From positions 497-64,496 of the forward strand of contig WGCW01000004.1 in the NCBI GenBank assembly GCA_015493585.1: a DNA stretch of 64,000 nt, in the 5' to 3' direction. The notes beneath the pieces are model-generated. The model did no database searches and was not told the origin of the DNA. It saw nothing but the letters and a program-made list of their open reading frames with translations. Made by a program: the position numbers and the translations under genes. This document shows positions 11,021-19,754 of the stretch, piece after piece (position 1 is the stretch's first letter; each line of letters starts with the position of its first letter). The DNA is from Acidobacteriota bacterium. Its GTDB lineage: Bacteria; Acidobacteriota; Thermoanaerobaculia; Thermoanaerobaculales; Sulfomarinibacteraceae.

Positions 11021-12385
11021 ATGGCACGAAAGAAAAAGAACGGAAACAGCCCGGAACCGGTCGTCATTCCGCTCGATATCGACGACGAGATCGAGAAGTA
11101 CGAGGCCAAGGCCGCCGAGGCGGCCAAGGAGGGGCGGCTCAACCTGAAACAGCTCAAGGAGATGAACATCAACGAGCTGTCAGGGATCGCCCGGGCGCTC
11201 AACGTCCAGAACCCAACGGGCATGCGGCGCCAGGACCTGATCTTCAGAATCCTCCAGCGTCAGACAGAACGGGAGGGCCTGATCTTCGGCGAAGGCGTGC
11301 TCGAAGTTCTGCCAGAGGGTTTCGGATTCCTCCGCGCCCCGGAGTACAACTATTTGCCGGGCCCGGACGACATCTATGTTTCGCCCTCCCAGATCCGGCG
11401 GTTCAACTTGAAGACTGGGGACACAATCTCCGGTCAAATCCGCCCACCCAAGGAAGGCGAGCGCTACTTCGCGCTGATCAAGGTTGAGGCGATCAACTTT
11501 GAGCCGCCCGAGGTCGCGATCGAGAAGGTGCATTTCGATAACCTGACGCCGCTCTATCCGGAGGAACGGATCCGCCTCGAAGTTGACGGCAACATGACCT
11601 GCCGCGTGATGGACCTGATGACCCCGCTCGGGAAGGGCCAGCGCGGCCTGCTGGTCGCCCCGCCGCGCACCGGCAAGACGATGATGCTTCAGGCGATTGC
11701 CAATGCCATGACTAAGAACCATCCCGAGATTACGTTGATCGTCCTGCTGATCGACGAACGCCCGGAAGAGGTGACCGACATGGAACGCTCGGTCCAGGGC
11801 GAGGTGATCTCCTCGACCTTCGATGAGCCCGCCACCCGGCACGTTCAGGTTGCTGAGATGGTCATCGAAAAGGCCAAACGTTTGGTGGAGCACAAGCGGG
11901 ACGTTGTCATTCTGCTCGATTCGATCACCCGTCTGGCGCGGGCCTACAACACGGTCGTGCCGCCCTCCGGCAAGGTTCTCTCCGGAGGCGTCGACTCCAA
12001 TGCGCTGCAAAAGCCCAAGCGTTTCTTCGGCGCCGCCCGGAATATCGAGGAGGGGGGCAGCCTGACGATCATCGGAACCGCCTTGATCGACACGGGGTCA
12101 AGGATGGACGACGTGATCTTCGAGGAGTTCAAGGGCACCGGCAACATGGAGGTGCACCTCGACCGGAAGCTCGTTGAAAAGCGTATCTTCCCATCGATCG
12201 ACATCCATAGCTCGGGAACCCGGAAGGAAGAGCTCCTCATCGACGAGTGGGAGCTCCGGCGAATTTGGGTCCTCCGGAAGGTCCTGGCCCCGCTGTCGAC
12301 GATGGAAGCGATGGAGCTTCTCCTCGATCGCCTGTCCAAGACCAAGACAAACCGTGAGTTCCTCGAAGCGATGTCACAGGGCTGA
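11021..12385 (+). CDS. rho: transcription termination factor Rho
   Basis: Rho_N ([14 protein letters not shown]), an RNA-binding domain, and the P-loop [12 protein letters not shown]. There is a short extra Lys-rich N-terminus. Confidence 0.95.
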   Translation: MARKKKNGNSPEPVVIPLDIDDEIEKYEAKAAEAAKEGRLNLKQLKEMNINELSGIARALNVQNPTGMRRQDLIFRILQRQTEREGLIFGEGVLEVLPEGFGFLRAPEYNYLPGPDDIYVSPSQIRRFNLKTGDTISGQIRPPKEGERYFALIKVEAINFEPPEVAIEKVHFDNLTPLYPEERIRLEVDGNMTCRVMDLMTPLGKGQRGLLVAPPRTGKTMMLQAIANAMTKNHPEITLIVLLIDERPEEVTDMERSVQGEVISSTFDEPATRHVQVAEMVIEKAKRLVEHKRDVVILLDSITRLARAYNTVVPPSGKVLSGGVDSNALQKPKRFFGAARNIEEGGSLTIIGTALIDTGSRMDDVIFEEFKGTGNMEVHLDRKLVEKRIFPSIDIHSSGTRKEELLIDEWELRRIWVLRKVLAPLSTMEAMELLLDRLSKTKTNREFLEAMSQG

Positions 12386-12399
12386 CCGGCCGCACCGTC

Positions 12400-13476
12400 A
12401 TGTCTTCACGAAACGAGAGGGACACGATCCTTTCGCGGGCGGCTGCCGGTCAGCGGCTTGGACGCGATGAGCTGCTCGAGCTCTTCTCCGCGCCGCTGTT
12501 CGACCTCGGCTGGGCCGCCAACGTGGTCCGGCGGCGCCACACAACGCCTGGGACTGCGACCTACATCATCGACAGGAACATCAACTACACGAACGTCTGC
12601 GTCTACCGGTGCAGTTTCTGCGCCTTCTATCGCACCCCCTCGGCACCGGACGCGTACGTCCTGAGTTTTGAGGATATCGCCCGGAAGGTAGCCGAAACGG
12701 TCGCCTCGGGCGGGACCGGCATCCTTCTCCAGGGTGGAGTGCATCCCGACCTGCGGCTTGACTTTTACGAGGGACTGTTACGCTTCCTCAAGACGACGTT
12801 TCCCTCGGTTCATCTCCACGCCTTCTCCGCGCCGGAGATCTTGTTCGTCGCCAAGGCTGAGAAACGCCCCATCCGCGAGGTGCTCCAACGGCTGATGGAG
12901 GCCGGGCTCGACTCGATCCCCGGTGGCGGCGCCGAAATTCTCGAAGATGACACCCGCCGCCGCATCCGTTCCCAGGCGAAGGCCTCGACCGCCGAGTGGC
13001 TCGAGGTGCATCGGGAGGCCCACCGGCTTGGGCTGCGCACGACCGCAACGATGATGTTTGGCGTTGGGGAACCGTTCGAGGCCCGCGTCGATCACCTCCT
13101 GGCGGTCCGCGGCCTCCAGGAGGAGACCGGAGGGTTTACGGCCTTCATCCCGTGGACGTTTCAGGACCAGCACACCGGCCTCGAGGGTGAGGTGACGAAG
13201 GCCGGCGGCTACGACTACCTCCGCACGCTGGCGATCTCCCGCCTTGCCCTCGACAATGTCGATCACGTCCAGGGATCATGGGTCACGCAGGGGCCAAAGC
13301 TCGGACAGGTCTCACTCTTCTTTGGTGCCGATGATCTCGGGTCGATCATGCTCGAAGAGAACGTTGTCGCTGCCGCTGGCGCCCATCACCGGATGCTTCA
13401 AGGCGACATGGAACGCCTGATCCGCGATGCTGGATTGACGCCGCGCCAGCGCCGGACCTTGTACGAACCGCTCTGA
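12400..13476 (+). CDS. radical SAM menaquinone (futalosine pathway) enzyme, MqnC/MqnE family (MqnC-like)
   Basis: [25 protein letters not shown] (CxxxCxxC cluster in the mqn-family context), with [11 protein letters not shown] cannot separate MqnC from MqnE by eye. Confidence 0.8.
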   Translation: MSSRNERDTILSRAAAGQRLGRDELLELFSAPLFDLGWAANVVRRRHTTPGTATYIIDRNINYTNVCVYRCSFCAFYRTPSAPDAYVLSFEDIARKVAETVASGGTGILLQGGVHPDLRLDFYEGLLRFLKTTFPSVHLHAFSAPEILFVAKAEKRPIREVLQRLMEAGLDSIPGGGAEILEDDTRRRIRSQAKASTAEWLEVHREAHRLGLRTTATMMFGVGEPFEARVDHLLAVRGLQEETGGFTAFIPWTFQDQHTGLEGEVTKAGGYDYLRTLAISRLALDNVDHVQGSWVTQGPKLGQVSLFFGADDLGSIMLEENVVAAAGAHHRMLQGDMERLIRDAGLTPRQRRTLYEPL

Positions 13477-13886
13477 TGACGGCACACCGGATCCTCTTCA
13501 TCTGTGTCGGCAACACCTGCCGCTCGATCATGGCAGAAGCGATCTGTCGAGATCTCGGCGGAGCGGACGTTGAAGTTTTCTCGGCCGGGCTGGCACCGAC
13601 AGGCCGGGTGACGCCCCGGACGATCGAGGCGCTCGAGCGGCTCGGGTACGCGACCAGCGGTCTCCGGTCGAAGCCGCTCGACGAAGTTCCGCTCCGCGAG
13701 CTCGACACGATCGTCAGCCTGATCGGCCCAGCCGCTGTGGCGTGGCTCCCGCGCACGCTTCCCGCCCGCCGCATCATCTGGAACGTGCCCGACCCCTACG
13801 GCGAGGACCAGGAGACGTTCGACAGGACCGCCCGCCGGATCGAGGCGCTCGTCCGCTCGCTGCTTTCAGACTCCCAACCTCGTTGA
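13476..13886 (+). CDS. low-molecular-weight protein-tyrosine-phosphatase / ArsC-like phosphatase
   Basis: ILFICVGNTCRSIMAEA (CX5R P-loop) and DPYG. ATGA-type overlap with the upstream gene. Confidence 0.8.
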   Translation: MTAHRILFICVGNTCRSIMAEAICRDLGGADVEVFSAGLAPTGRVTPRTIEALERLGYATSGLRSKPLDEVPLRELDTIVSLIGPAAVAWLPRTLPARRIIWNVPDPYGEDQETFDRTARRIEALVRSLLSDSQPR

Positions 13887-13908
13887 CCGCTACAGCCGGG
13901 CCCGGCGT

Positions 13909-15588
13909 TTACTGCAGGTAGCCAAGGCTCTCGAGGAGCTTGAGCTGCGCCGCCCCTTCCCGCCGCGATGCGTGCGCCGCGAGCGGGGGAGGAGGACCAT
14001 ACTCCATCGGCCGCAATGGCCCTGGACCCCGAACCCCGGACAGGTCGCGGCGCACCCGGCCTCCAAGCCCCGCCGCCGGTGGTAAGCCCAGCGCGTCCAG
14101 GCAGGTTTGAACGAGATCGGAGGGCTGGAGCGGGGCGACCTCGGTCCCGGAACCACCGGACCACATCACCCAGCCTGGGTGGCCTGGCCTGAGACCAATC
14201 AGGCAGACCGCATACCCGCTCTGCCGCACATACGAGAGAACCTGACCGAGCAACGCGAGGTGCGGCCGGACGGCAGCCGCTTCCAGGAGCACCGGCGCCG
14301 GCTGCCGGTGCACCTCCAACCACCAGCCGGGAAAGTACGCCATGAGCAGACCGTGCCAGGAAGCTGCTGTCCCCATCACGGCCTTGGCCGCGCGGCGGTC
14401 GATGTCGAGCGGGGTGCTCCCCGGACACGATGGCAGTAGATCGGCGGCCGCCATCGGAAAGAGCGTGTCTGGCGAGCGCTCCCCCGTCAGGAGCCACCGT
14501 TCGGAGGCGACGAGCCCGCGGACCCGGCGTGGCGGGAAACTGCCCCACCACCCGAAGACACGGACCCGAACCCCAGCCCGCGACGCCATCTCCCACAGCG
14601 TTGGCGCCAGACGTGACGCGGCAGGAACCGTCCGCTCCTGCACCAGGCCGGTCCAGCCCCAGATCCCGTCAAGGAGCCACCTGAGCCCCGGGCTCAGCAA
14701 CAACGTCTGGCCGAGACCGCTCACGCGCACCTGGCGCAAGGTTGTGACCCCATGACGGTCGTGGCTCAACCCGGTTCCGAGCGTGATCCAACGGACCGGG
14801 AGCTCAGCATCCGGATAGGCACCTTTCAGAGGCGCCCACGGCCATCGCGCCACATCACTTCCCCCCAGCGTTGGCCCGAGCAGCAGAATCTCCCGCCGGC
14901 TCGCGCCATCGACGCCAAGGACCGCCACCTTCCGGGCTGATGGCCGCACCCGAATGGGCTCTGCGTTGGACGTGGTTGCCACCCGGCGCCCGGCCAAGCC
15001 AGCGGCGAGCGCAAGCACCAGCGTTCCTGCAAGCGTTGCCGCCAGCACCGTTCGTAACCTTGGACCGGAAATTGATGGGTCGAACCTGCGTCGAAGCAGG
15101 CGAGCCGTGATCCACCGGGCAAGCCCACCGGCGACGCAGAGCTCTCCCAACACGAGCGCGGCCAGCGCGATGACGAGCCGGCCCAGCGAAGGCGCAGAAG
15201 GCCCGGCGACCAGGACGATCCAGCCTGTAGCCACTGCCAGCCCTGCAGCCGCAGCCGCGCCGGCTGCGACGTGGACGACCGCAAGCCCCCGCCGGTGGAG
15301 CCATTCCGACACGCCGGTCACCAGCCATCCGCCCGCACCTGCCGCGGCGAGCACCGCCGGAAGCAGCAGAAGCCAGACGCCACCCCACGTGGCTGGTGAC
15401 GCGGGAAGCGCTCCACCAATCGCCATCGCCAGACCGGTCACTCCCGCGCCGAACAGAAAGATCACCCAGGCTAGCAGCCGATCGCGCACCGGCATCCCCG
15501 CACCTGGGCCACGCTTCAAGTACCCACGATCGCGCAGGACCTCGACCGCATCGGCGACCCGATCGCCGGCGGGACGCTCAGGCGTCAC
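13909..15588 (-). CDS. membrane-anchored protein with an alkaline-phosphatase/NPP-superfamily-like domain (hypothetical)
   Basis: The N-terminal ~200 aa are hydrophobic Ala/Leu/Gly-rich helices. These are followed by VAVLGVDGAS and TLGTGLSHDRHGV, which resemble metal-site and nucleophile motifs of type I phosphodiesterase/NPP enzymes. The 5' end overlaps the upstream polyprenyl synthase stop by 11 nt. Confidence 0.55.
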   Translation of the reverse strand: MTPERPAGDRVADAVEVLRDRGYLKRGPGAGMPVRDRLLAWVIFLFGAGVTGLAMAIGGALPASPATWGGVWLLLLPAVLAAAGAGGWLVTGVSEWLHRRGLAVVHVAAGAAAAAGLAVATGWIVLVAGPSAPSLGRLVIALAALVLGELCVAGGLARWITARLLRRRFDPSISGPRLRTVLAATLAGTLVLALAAGLAGRRVATTSNAEPIRVRPSARKVAVLGVDGASRREILLLGPTLGGSDVARWPWAPLKGAYPDAELPVRWITLGTGLSHDRHGVTTLRQVRVSGLGQTLLLSPGLRWLLDGIWGWTGLVQERTVPAASRLAPTLWEMASRAGVRVRVFGWWGSFPPRRVRGLVASERWLLTGERSPDTLFPMAAADLLPSCPGSTPLDIDRRAAKAVMGTAASWHGLLMAYFPGWWLEVHRQPAPVLLEAAAVRPHLALLGQVLSYVRQSGYAVCLIGLRPGHPGWVMWSGGSGTEVAPLQPSDLVQTCLDALGLPPAAGLGGRVRRDLSGVRGPGPLRPMEYGPPPPLAAHASRREGAAQLKLLESLGYLQ

Positions 15589-16465
15589 GGGTCACCACCC
15601 CTTCGGCGAAGCGTTTCAGCGTGTCCGCACGATCCCCGAAGAGATCGAGCGCACCGGATGCCGTCTCCGCGAGATCCCGTGCAAGCCGGCGCGCTGCGGC
15701 GACACCCAGCAGGTCGACGAATGTCACACGGCCGGCGTCCTTTCCGGCCGGTTTTCCGAGACGCTGCGGGCGCCCCGTCACGTCGAGGACATCATCGATG
15801 ACCTGGAAGGCGAGGCCGAGATTCCGTGCAAACGCCTCGACCGCCTGACGTTCCACACCGGTTGGGCGGCCCGCGAGCGCGCCCCAACCCGCTGCGAGCA
15901 CGAACAGTGCTCCCGTCTTGCCCGCATGAATCTCTTCGAGCTCCTCGACGGTCGATGCGGCGGCCTCAAGGTCGCGAACCTGCGCCCGGCAGAGGCTGTC
16001 GATCACGCGATCGAGCTCGAGTTGGGCTTCGGCCAGGCGGCGCCGCGGGATGCGGGCACGCTCGAGCGCTGCTGGGAGTGATGCGTGTGCCCGGCTGAGA
16101 AGATCGAACGCCGCCAGGATGGCCGCCGCCTCGCCGTACGCCATGTGAAGGCTCGGACGTCCCCGCCGGAGAGGCGCATCGTCCATCGACGGAAGATCGT
16201 CCAGCACGAGCGAAGCTGCGTGGATGACCTCCGGGATCAAAGCGAGCCCGATCAACCGGTCCGGATCGACCCGGTACAGCTCCCCGGCGAGAAGGGTCAA
16301 TACCGGCCTGACGCGCTTACCAGGAGAGAGCAACGCCTCCCGCATGGCGGCGCCCAACACCCCTTCACCGGATAGGTGAGCGGCGGCCCACTGACCGAGA
16401 GCGGTGTCGACCTTCGCCCGAAGACCCGCCATGACGGCGGTCGCTCTGTCCATGGGTTGCATCAT
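15578..16465 (-). CDS. polyprenyl diphosphate synthase (FPP/GGPP synthase, IspA-like)
   Basis: First Asp-rich motif LVLDDLPSMDDAPLRRG, second FQVIDDVLD, and GKPAGKD. Confidence 0.88.
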   Translation of the reverse strand: MMQPMDRATAVMAGLRAKVDTALGQWAAAHLSGEGVLGAAMREALLSPGKRVRPVLTLLAGELYRVDPDRLIGLALIPEVIHAASLVLDDLPSMDDAPLRRGRPSLHMAYGEAAAILAAFDLLSRAHASLPAALERARIPRRRLAEAQLELDRVIDSLCRAQVRDLEAAASTVEELEEIHAGKTGALFVLAAGWGALAGRPTGVERQAVEAFARNLGLAFQVIDDVLDVTGRPQRLGKPAGKDAGRVTFVDLLGVAAARRLARDLAETASGALDLFGDRADTLKRFAEGVVTRDA

Positions 16466-16536
16466 AACGCGGCGTCACCCACTGGCCGGAACGCCTCCGT
16501 CACCCCGGCCGGACTGAGCTCCTGCCCCAGAACCGG

Positions 16537-16875
16537 TCACGAGAACGCGGCGAGAGCGCTCTCCTCATCGTCGAAGACATCGAACACCGTCACCAGCTGC
16601 GTCACCTGCAGGATGTCGTTGATCTTGGGCGAAAGGTGCAGGAGGGCCAGCCGTCCACCGTTCTTCGCAACCGTCGTGTACGCCGCGACCAGCTCGCCAA
16701 TACCTGACGAATCGACCGCCTTGACATCACCGAGGTCGACGAGGATCTTCTTCTTCCCGTCGTCGATTGCGGCGTGAATGAGATCCCGCATCGTAACGTC
16801 GCCAGCGCCGATTGTGATCTTCCCGCTCAACTTGATCGTTCGAACATCTTCATGATCAATCACTTCAGACTTCAT
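16537..16875 (-). CDS. STAS-domain anti-sigma-factor antagonist (SpoIIAA/RsbV-like)
   Basis: 112 aa, with LVDLGDVKAVDSSGIGELV carrying the phosphorylatable Ser context (DSSG). Confidence 0.85.
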   Translation of the reverse strand: MKSEVIDHEDVRTIKLSGKITIGAGDVTMRDLIHAAIDDGKKKILVDLGDVKAVDSSGIGELVAAYTTVAKNGGRLALLHLSPKINDILQVTQLVTVFDVFDDEESALAAFS

Positions 16876-17378
16876 GATCCAACCTCTCGTCTCTCTGTTG
16901 TGCCCAGATGGCGTTCGAGGACAACGGTCGTCCCGCCGCCTGATGCTCGTGAAAACTCCACGCGGTCCATCAGTTGCCGCATGATGAATATACCGCGGCC
17001 TGAGGGCTTGAGTAAATTTTCTGCCGACGTCGGATCGGGGACCGACGCGACATCGAATCCGTTTCCTTGATCGGTGATGAGGATACGGACCAGCACGGGG
17101 GATACCGTCGCCTCAATCTCGACACGGCGGTCGAGCTCCCCGCGATTTCCATGACGGATCGCGTTGGCGACACCCTCCCAGAGCGCCCGGATCACGGGCT
17201 GGATGGCCTCCTCGCCGAGACCGGCATTGATCATCAGGTCGCGCACAACCCTCTCGACCAGCTCGATATTCTCGAAACGGCTCGTGATCGAGATCGCAGC
17301 GTTGACGGGCTTCGAATGCGGCATCGGCAGAGGTAGTATACCAGCGGACCCAGCGCTCCGAACGGCGCCGGACATCAT
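16872..17378 (-). CDS. anti-sigma regulatory Ser/Thr kinase (SpoIIAB/RsbW-like, HATPase_c)
   Basis: N-box EGVANAIRHGN, G1 DQGNGFD and G2 GRGIFIMRQL. 4-nt overlap with the STAS gene. The true start may be the internal ATG at 17324 (MPHSKP...). Confidence 0.8.
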   Translation of the reverse strand: MMSGAVRSAGSAGILPLPMPHSKPVNAAISITSRFENIELVERVVRDLMINAGLGEEAIQPVIRALWEGVANAIRHGNRGELDRRVEIEATVSPVLVRILITDQGNGFDVASVPDPTSAENLLKPSGRGIFIMRQLMDRVEFSRASGGGTTVVLERHLGTTERREVGS

Positions 17379-17395
17379 GAGAGGGAGGCAGACCG

Positions 17396-18022
17396 ATGAA
17401 AAAGCTCGTCACCGTCTGGACCGTCATCATCATCGTGACGCTCAGCATGGCCGGGTTCGCCGGCCAGAAGGGAAAAACCATGGATACCCACCCACGCGTC
17501 CTCCTTGACACCTCGATGGGGCAGATCGTCATCGAGCTCGACCCGGCTAAGGCGCCAAAAACCGTCGCAAATTTCCTCACATACGTCCGCTCCGGTTTCT
17601 ACGACGGGACAATCTTCCACCGGGTGATCCCCGGATTCATGATCCAGGGCGGCGGATTCACGGCCGGCATGAAACAGAAAAAGACGCGTGGCCCCATCGT
17701 CAACGAGGCCGGCAACGCGTTGAAGAATCTCCGCGGCACCATCGCTATGGCCCGGACAAACCGCGTTGACTCCGCAACCAGCCAGTTCTTTATCAACCTC
17801 GTCGACAACAGCTTCCTCGATCACCGGGACAACAGCACACGTGGGTTCGGATACTGCGTTTTCGGCCGCGTCGTCAAGGGCATGGACGTCGTCGATGCGA
17901 TCGCCAAGGTGCCAACGGGAACGGTTCGTGCTGGAGGGATGCCGTTTGCGAACGTCCCGAAGACGCCAGTCATCATCAAGAAGGCATCGATCATCACGGA
18001 GACGGATTCGCCCCACGCCTGA
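17396..18022 (+). CDS. secreted cyclophilin-type peptidyl-prolyl cis-trans isomerase
   Basis: Signal-like N-terminus [22 protein letters not shown], then [15 protein letters not shown] and SQFFINL. GAGGGAGG lies upstream. Confidence 0.92.
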   Translation: MKKLVTVWTVIIIVTLSMAGFAGQKGKTMDTHPRVLLDTSMGQIVIELDPAKAPKTVANFLTYVRSGFYDGTIFHRVIPGFMIQGGGFTAGMKQKKTRGPIVNEAGNALKNLRGTIAMARTNRVDSATSQFFINLVDNSFLDHRDNSTRGFGYCVFGRVVKGMDVVDAIAKVPTGTVRAGGMPFANVPKTPVIIKKASIITETDSPHA

Positions 18023-18233
18023 TCCGTCCGTGCCCGGCAACCCCCTCCCCGCTGGCGCTCTCGGGAAGATCACGGGTGAGCCCGTGAGGAGGGGGCTCGC
18101 CTTGAGCTCATCGCCGCAGGTGCCACACAGGAGCTGGAGGAGACGGCAGGCGCACGCATAGCCATGTTGAGGGGATGCGGCCTCGCATGGAAGGTGCGCG
18201 GCGAGGCAGGTGAGGCCCGCGGCCACCCGGCCC

Positions 18234-18587
18234 TTATGTTGGCTTGTCGTCCGAATCTGGTTCGGCGACCATCTCAAGCACCCACCGGTGGAACGCCGCC
18301 TCGGCCTTTTCAGCTGGGAGCGCCATGATCTCGGGCAGCTCGTAGGAGTGCAGCTCCCGGATCGCCGCTGATACGTCGTCGAAGAGCGCCGCCGGCGTCT
18401 TGATCAGCAAGAGATACTCGGTGTCCTCGCAGATCTTGCCCTTCCAGCGGTAAATGGAGCGGAGACACGGAACGATGTTGACGCACGTGGCGAGGTGGCG
18501 GCCGATCAACTCCTCGGAAATCTCCACCGCCTGTTGTTCCGTACCGACGGATGTCATGACCAGCGAGATCGGTTCGAGAGCCGTCAT
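18234..18587 (-). CDS. cutA: divalent-cation tolerance protein CutA
   Basis: 117 aa, with LATCVNIVP...YRWKGKI...EYLLLIKT...HSYELPEI, the typical CutA1 pattern. Confidence 0.85.
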   Translation of the reverse strand: MTALEPISLVMTSVGTEQQAVEISEELIGRHLATCVNIVPCLRSIYRWKGKICEDTEYLLLIKTPAALFDDVSAAIRELHSYELPEIMALPAEKAEAAFHRWVLEMVAEPDSDDKPT

Positions 18588-18648
18588 AGGTGCACGCTAG
18601 CGAACTCCCGCCGATCCGTCAAGGCCTCCGGCGGTCTGATTCACCGCT

Positions 18649-19281
18649 TCAAACGTACCGGCGCAGCAGTCCGACGACAACGCCTTGAATCACGACGTGT
18701 GAGGCCGGCACGATCAGAGGCGCCATCGCAGCATTGGCTGGCTGGAGCCTGATGGAGTCACCTGGCCCACGGTAGAACCTTTTGAGCGTGACCTCGCCAT
18801 CGATCAACGCCACCACAACCTCTCCCTCGCGCGCACCCGAGCTCGCCCGGACCACAACGACGTCTCCGTCAAGGATGCCGTCGTCGATCATCGAGTCCCC
18901 ACGGACCTTCAGCGCGAAGTGCTCGCCTTGGCCGGCGAGGTCAGTGGGAACCTGAATCGGTGTCGCATCGGGAAGAGACTCGATCGGCTGTCCGGCCGCG
19001 ACGAGGCCGAGCAGCGGCACGGCTGCCTCCCGCTTCCGCCGCCCGGTGAGATTCTGCGCAGGGAACAGCCCCCTGTGACGGCCCTTCGGGCGGATCAGGT
19101 AGCCCTTTTCCTCAAGCGCCACAACGTGTTTCTGCGCACCGGCTGGGCTGGCGAAACCGAAGTGCTCGGCGATCTCCCGCAGGGTCGGCGACACCCCACG
19201 GTCCGACCGGTAGGTGAGGATAAAGCTCAGCACTTCGCGCTGCCGAACCGTCAACGGCACCATCGGACCATCGTCGTGCAT
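18649..19281 (-). CDS. lexA: SOS repressor LexA
   Basis: LTVRQREVLSFI winged-helix N-terminus, VAAGQP cleavage site, VRGDSMIDDGI (Ser) and LKRF (Lys). An alternative start is at the second Met (19263). Confidence 0.93.
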   Translation of the reverse strand: MHDDGPMVPLTVRQREVLSFILTYRSDRGVSPTLREIAEHFGFASPAGAQKHVVALEEKGYLIRPKGRHRGLFPAQNLTGRRKREAAVPLLGLVAAGQPIESLPDATPIQVPTDLAGQGEHFALKVRGDSMIDDGILDGDVVVVRASSGAREGEVVVALIDGEVTLKRFYRGPGDSIRLQPANAAMAPLIVPASHVVIQGVVVGLLRRYV

Positions 19282-19385
19282 CGACCCCCCAGGTGGTATA
19301 ATAACACGCTAAAATTGGCGCAGGGCACGCGGTATCGCCGCAGCGGCGCAAACCACGATTGGGTCATGAGCTGGGGAGGGGAAAC

Positions 19386-19462
19386 TGGTCGGGGCGAGTG
19401 GATTTGAACCACCGGCCTCACGGTCCCGAACCGTGCGCTCTGCCAGGCTGAGCTACGCCCCG
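19386..19462 (-). tRNA. tRNA-Pro (anticodon CGG)
   Basis: Reverse complement is CGGGGCG-TA-GCTC..GAGC-G-CACGG-TTCGGGA-CCGTG-AGGCC-GGTGG-TTCAAAT-CCACT-CGCCCCG-A-CCA, 77 nt. Confidence 0.9.
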
Positions 19463-19516
19463 ACGGCGAGTTAGTCTAGCCCAAGATGCCTCCAAAGGCA
19501 AACGCCCCTCACCTCC

Positions 19517-19735
19517 GGTTGTTGCGCTGTGCCCCGTCGGCCGGAGGCAGCTTTGGAGCGCGGACTTCAGTCCGCATCTTTTTGTACCAGAACGCGTTGA
19601 GCGTACGATGCGGACTGAAGTCCGCGCTCCCTCGGGCGCTCTCCCCGCGACCGGTTGCCTTGGCATTGGGGTGAGCCTGCTTCGATCGTGGTCGTATCCG
19701 CTGGGATCACACGGGTTCCGCACAGCGCAACAACC
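19517..19735 (+). mobile_element. 219-bp MITE-like palindromic element, copy A
   Basis: 16-bp terminal inverted repeats GGTTGTTGCGCTGTGC / GCACAGCGCAACAACC. Internal perfect 23-bp inverted repeat GAGCGCGGACTTCAGTCCGCATC ... GATGCGGACTGAAGTCCGCGCTC around a 28-nt loop. I counted 206/219 identical to 35854..36072, with no indels. Confidence 0.8.
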
Positions 19736-19754
19736 TCAACTCCGGTATCAACAG

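Noticed and set aside
18023-18233. 211-nt gap between the convergent PPIase and cutA genes. I inspected it for an ncRNA or small ORF; it contains short hairpins such as GAGCCC-N8-GGGCTC.
   Set aside because: There is no recognisable RNA family signature, no T-tract terminator, and no plausible small ORF with an RBS. It cannot be supported from sequence alone.
19418-19723. ORFs running through the repeat elements (19418..19723(-), 19486..19674(+), 35797..36060(-), 35822..36028(+), and the first 89 codons of 35850..37439). They give near-identical peptides such as LLRCAPSAGGSFGARTSVRIF.
   Set aside because: The similarity is explained by the non-coding 219-bp repeat. The peptides are read on both strands, overlap tRNA-Pro, and have low-complexity composition. 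dnaA has a proper start downstream.
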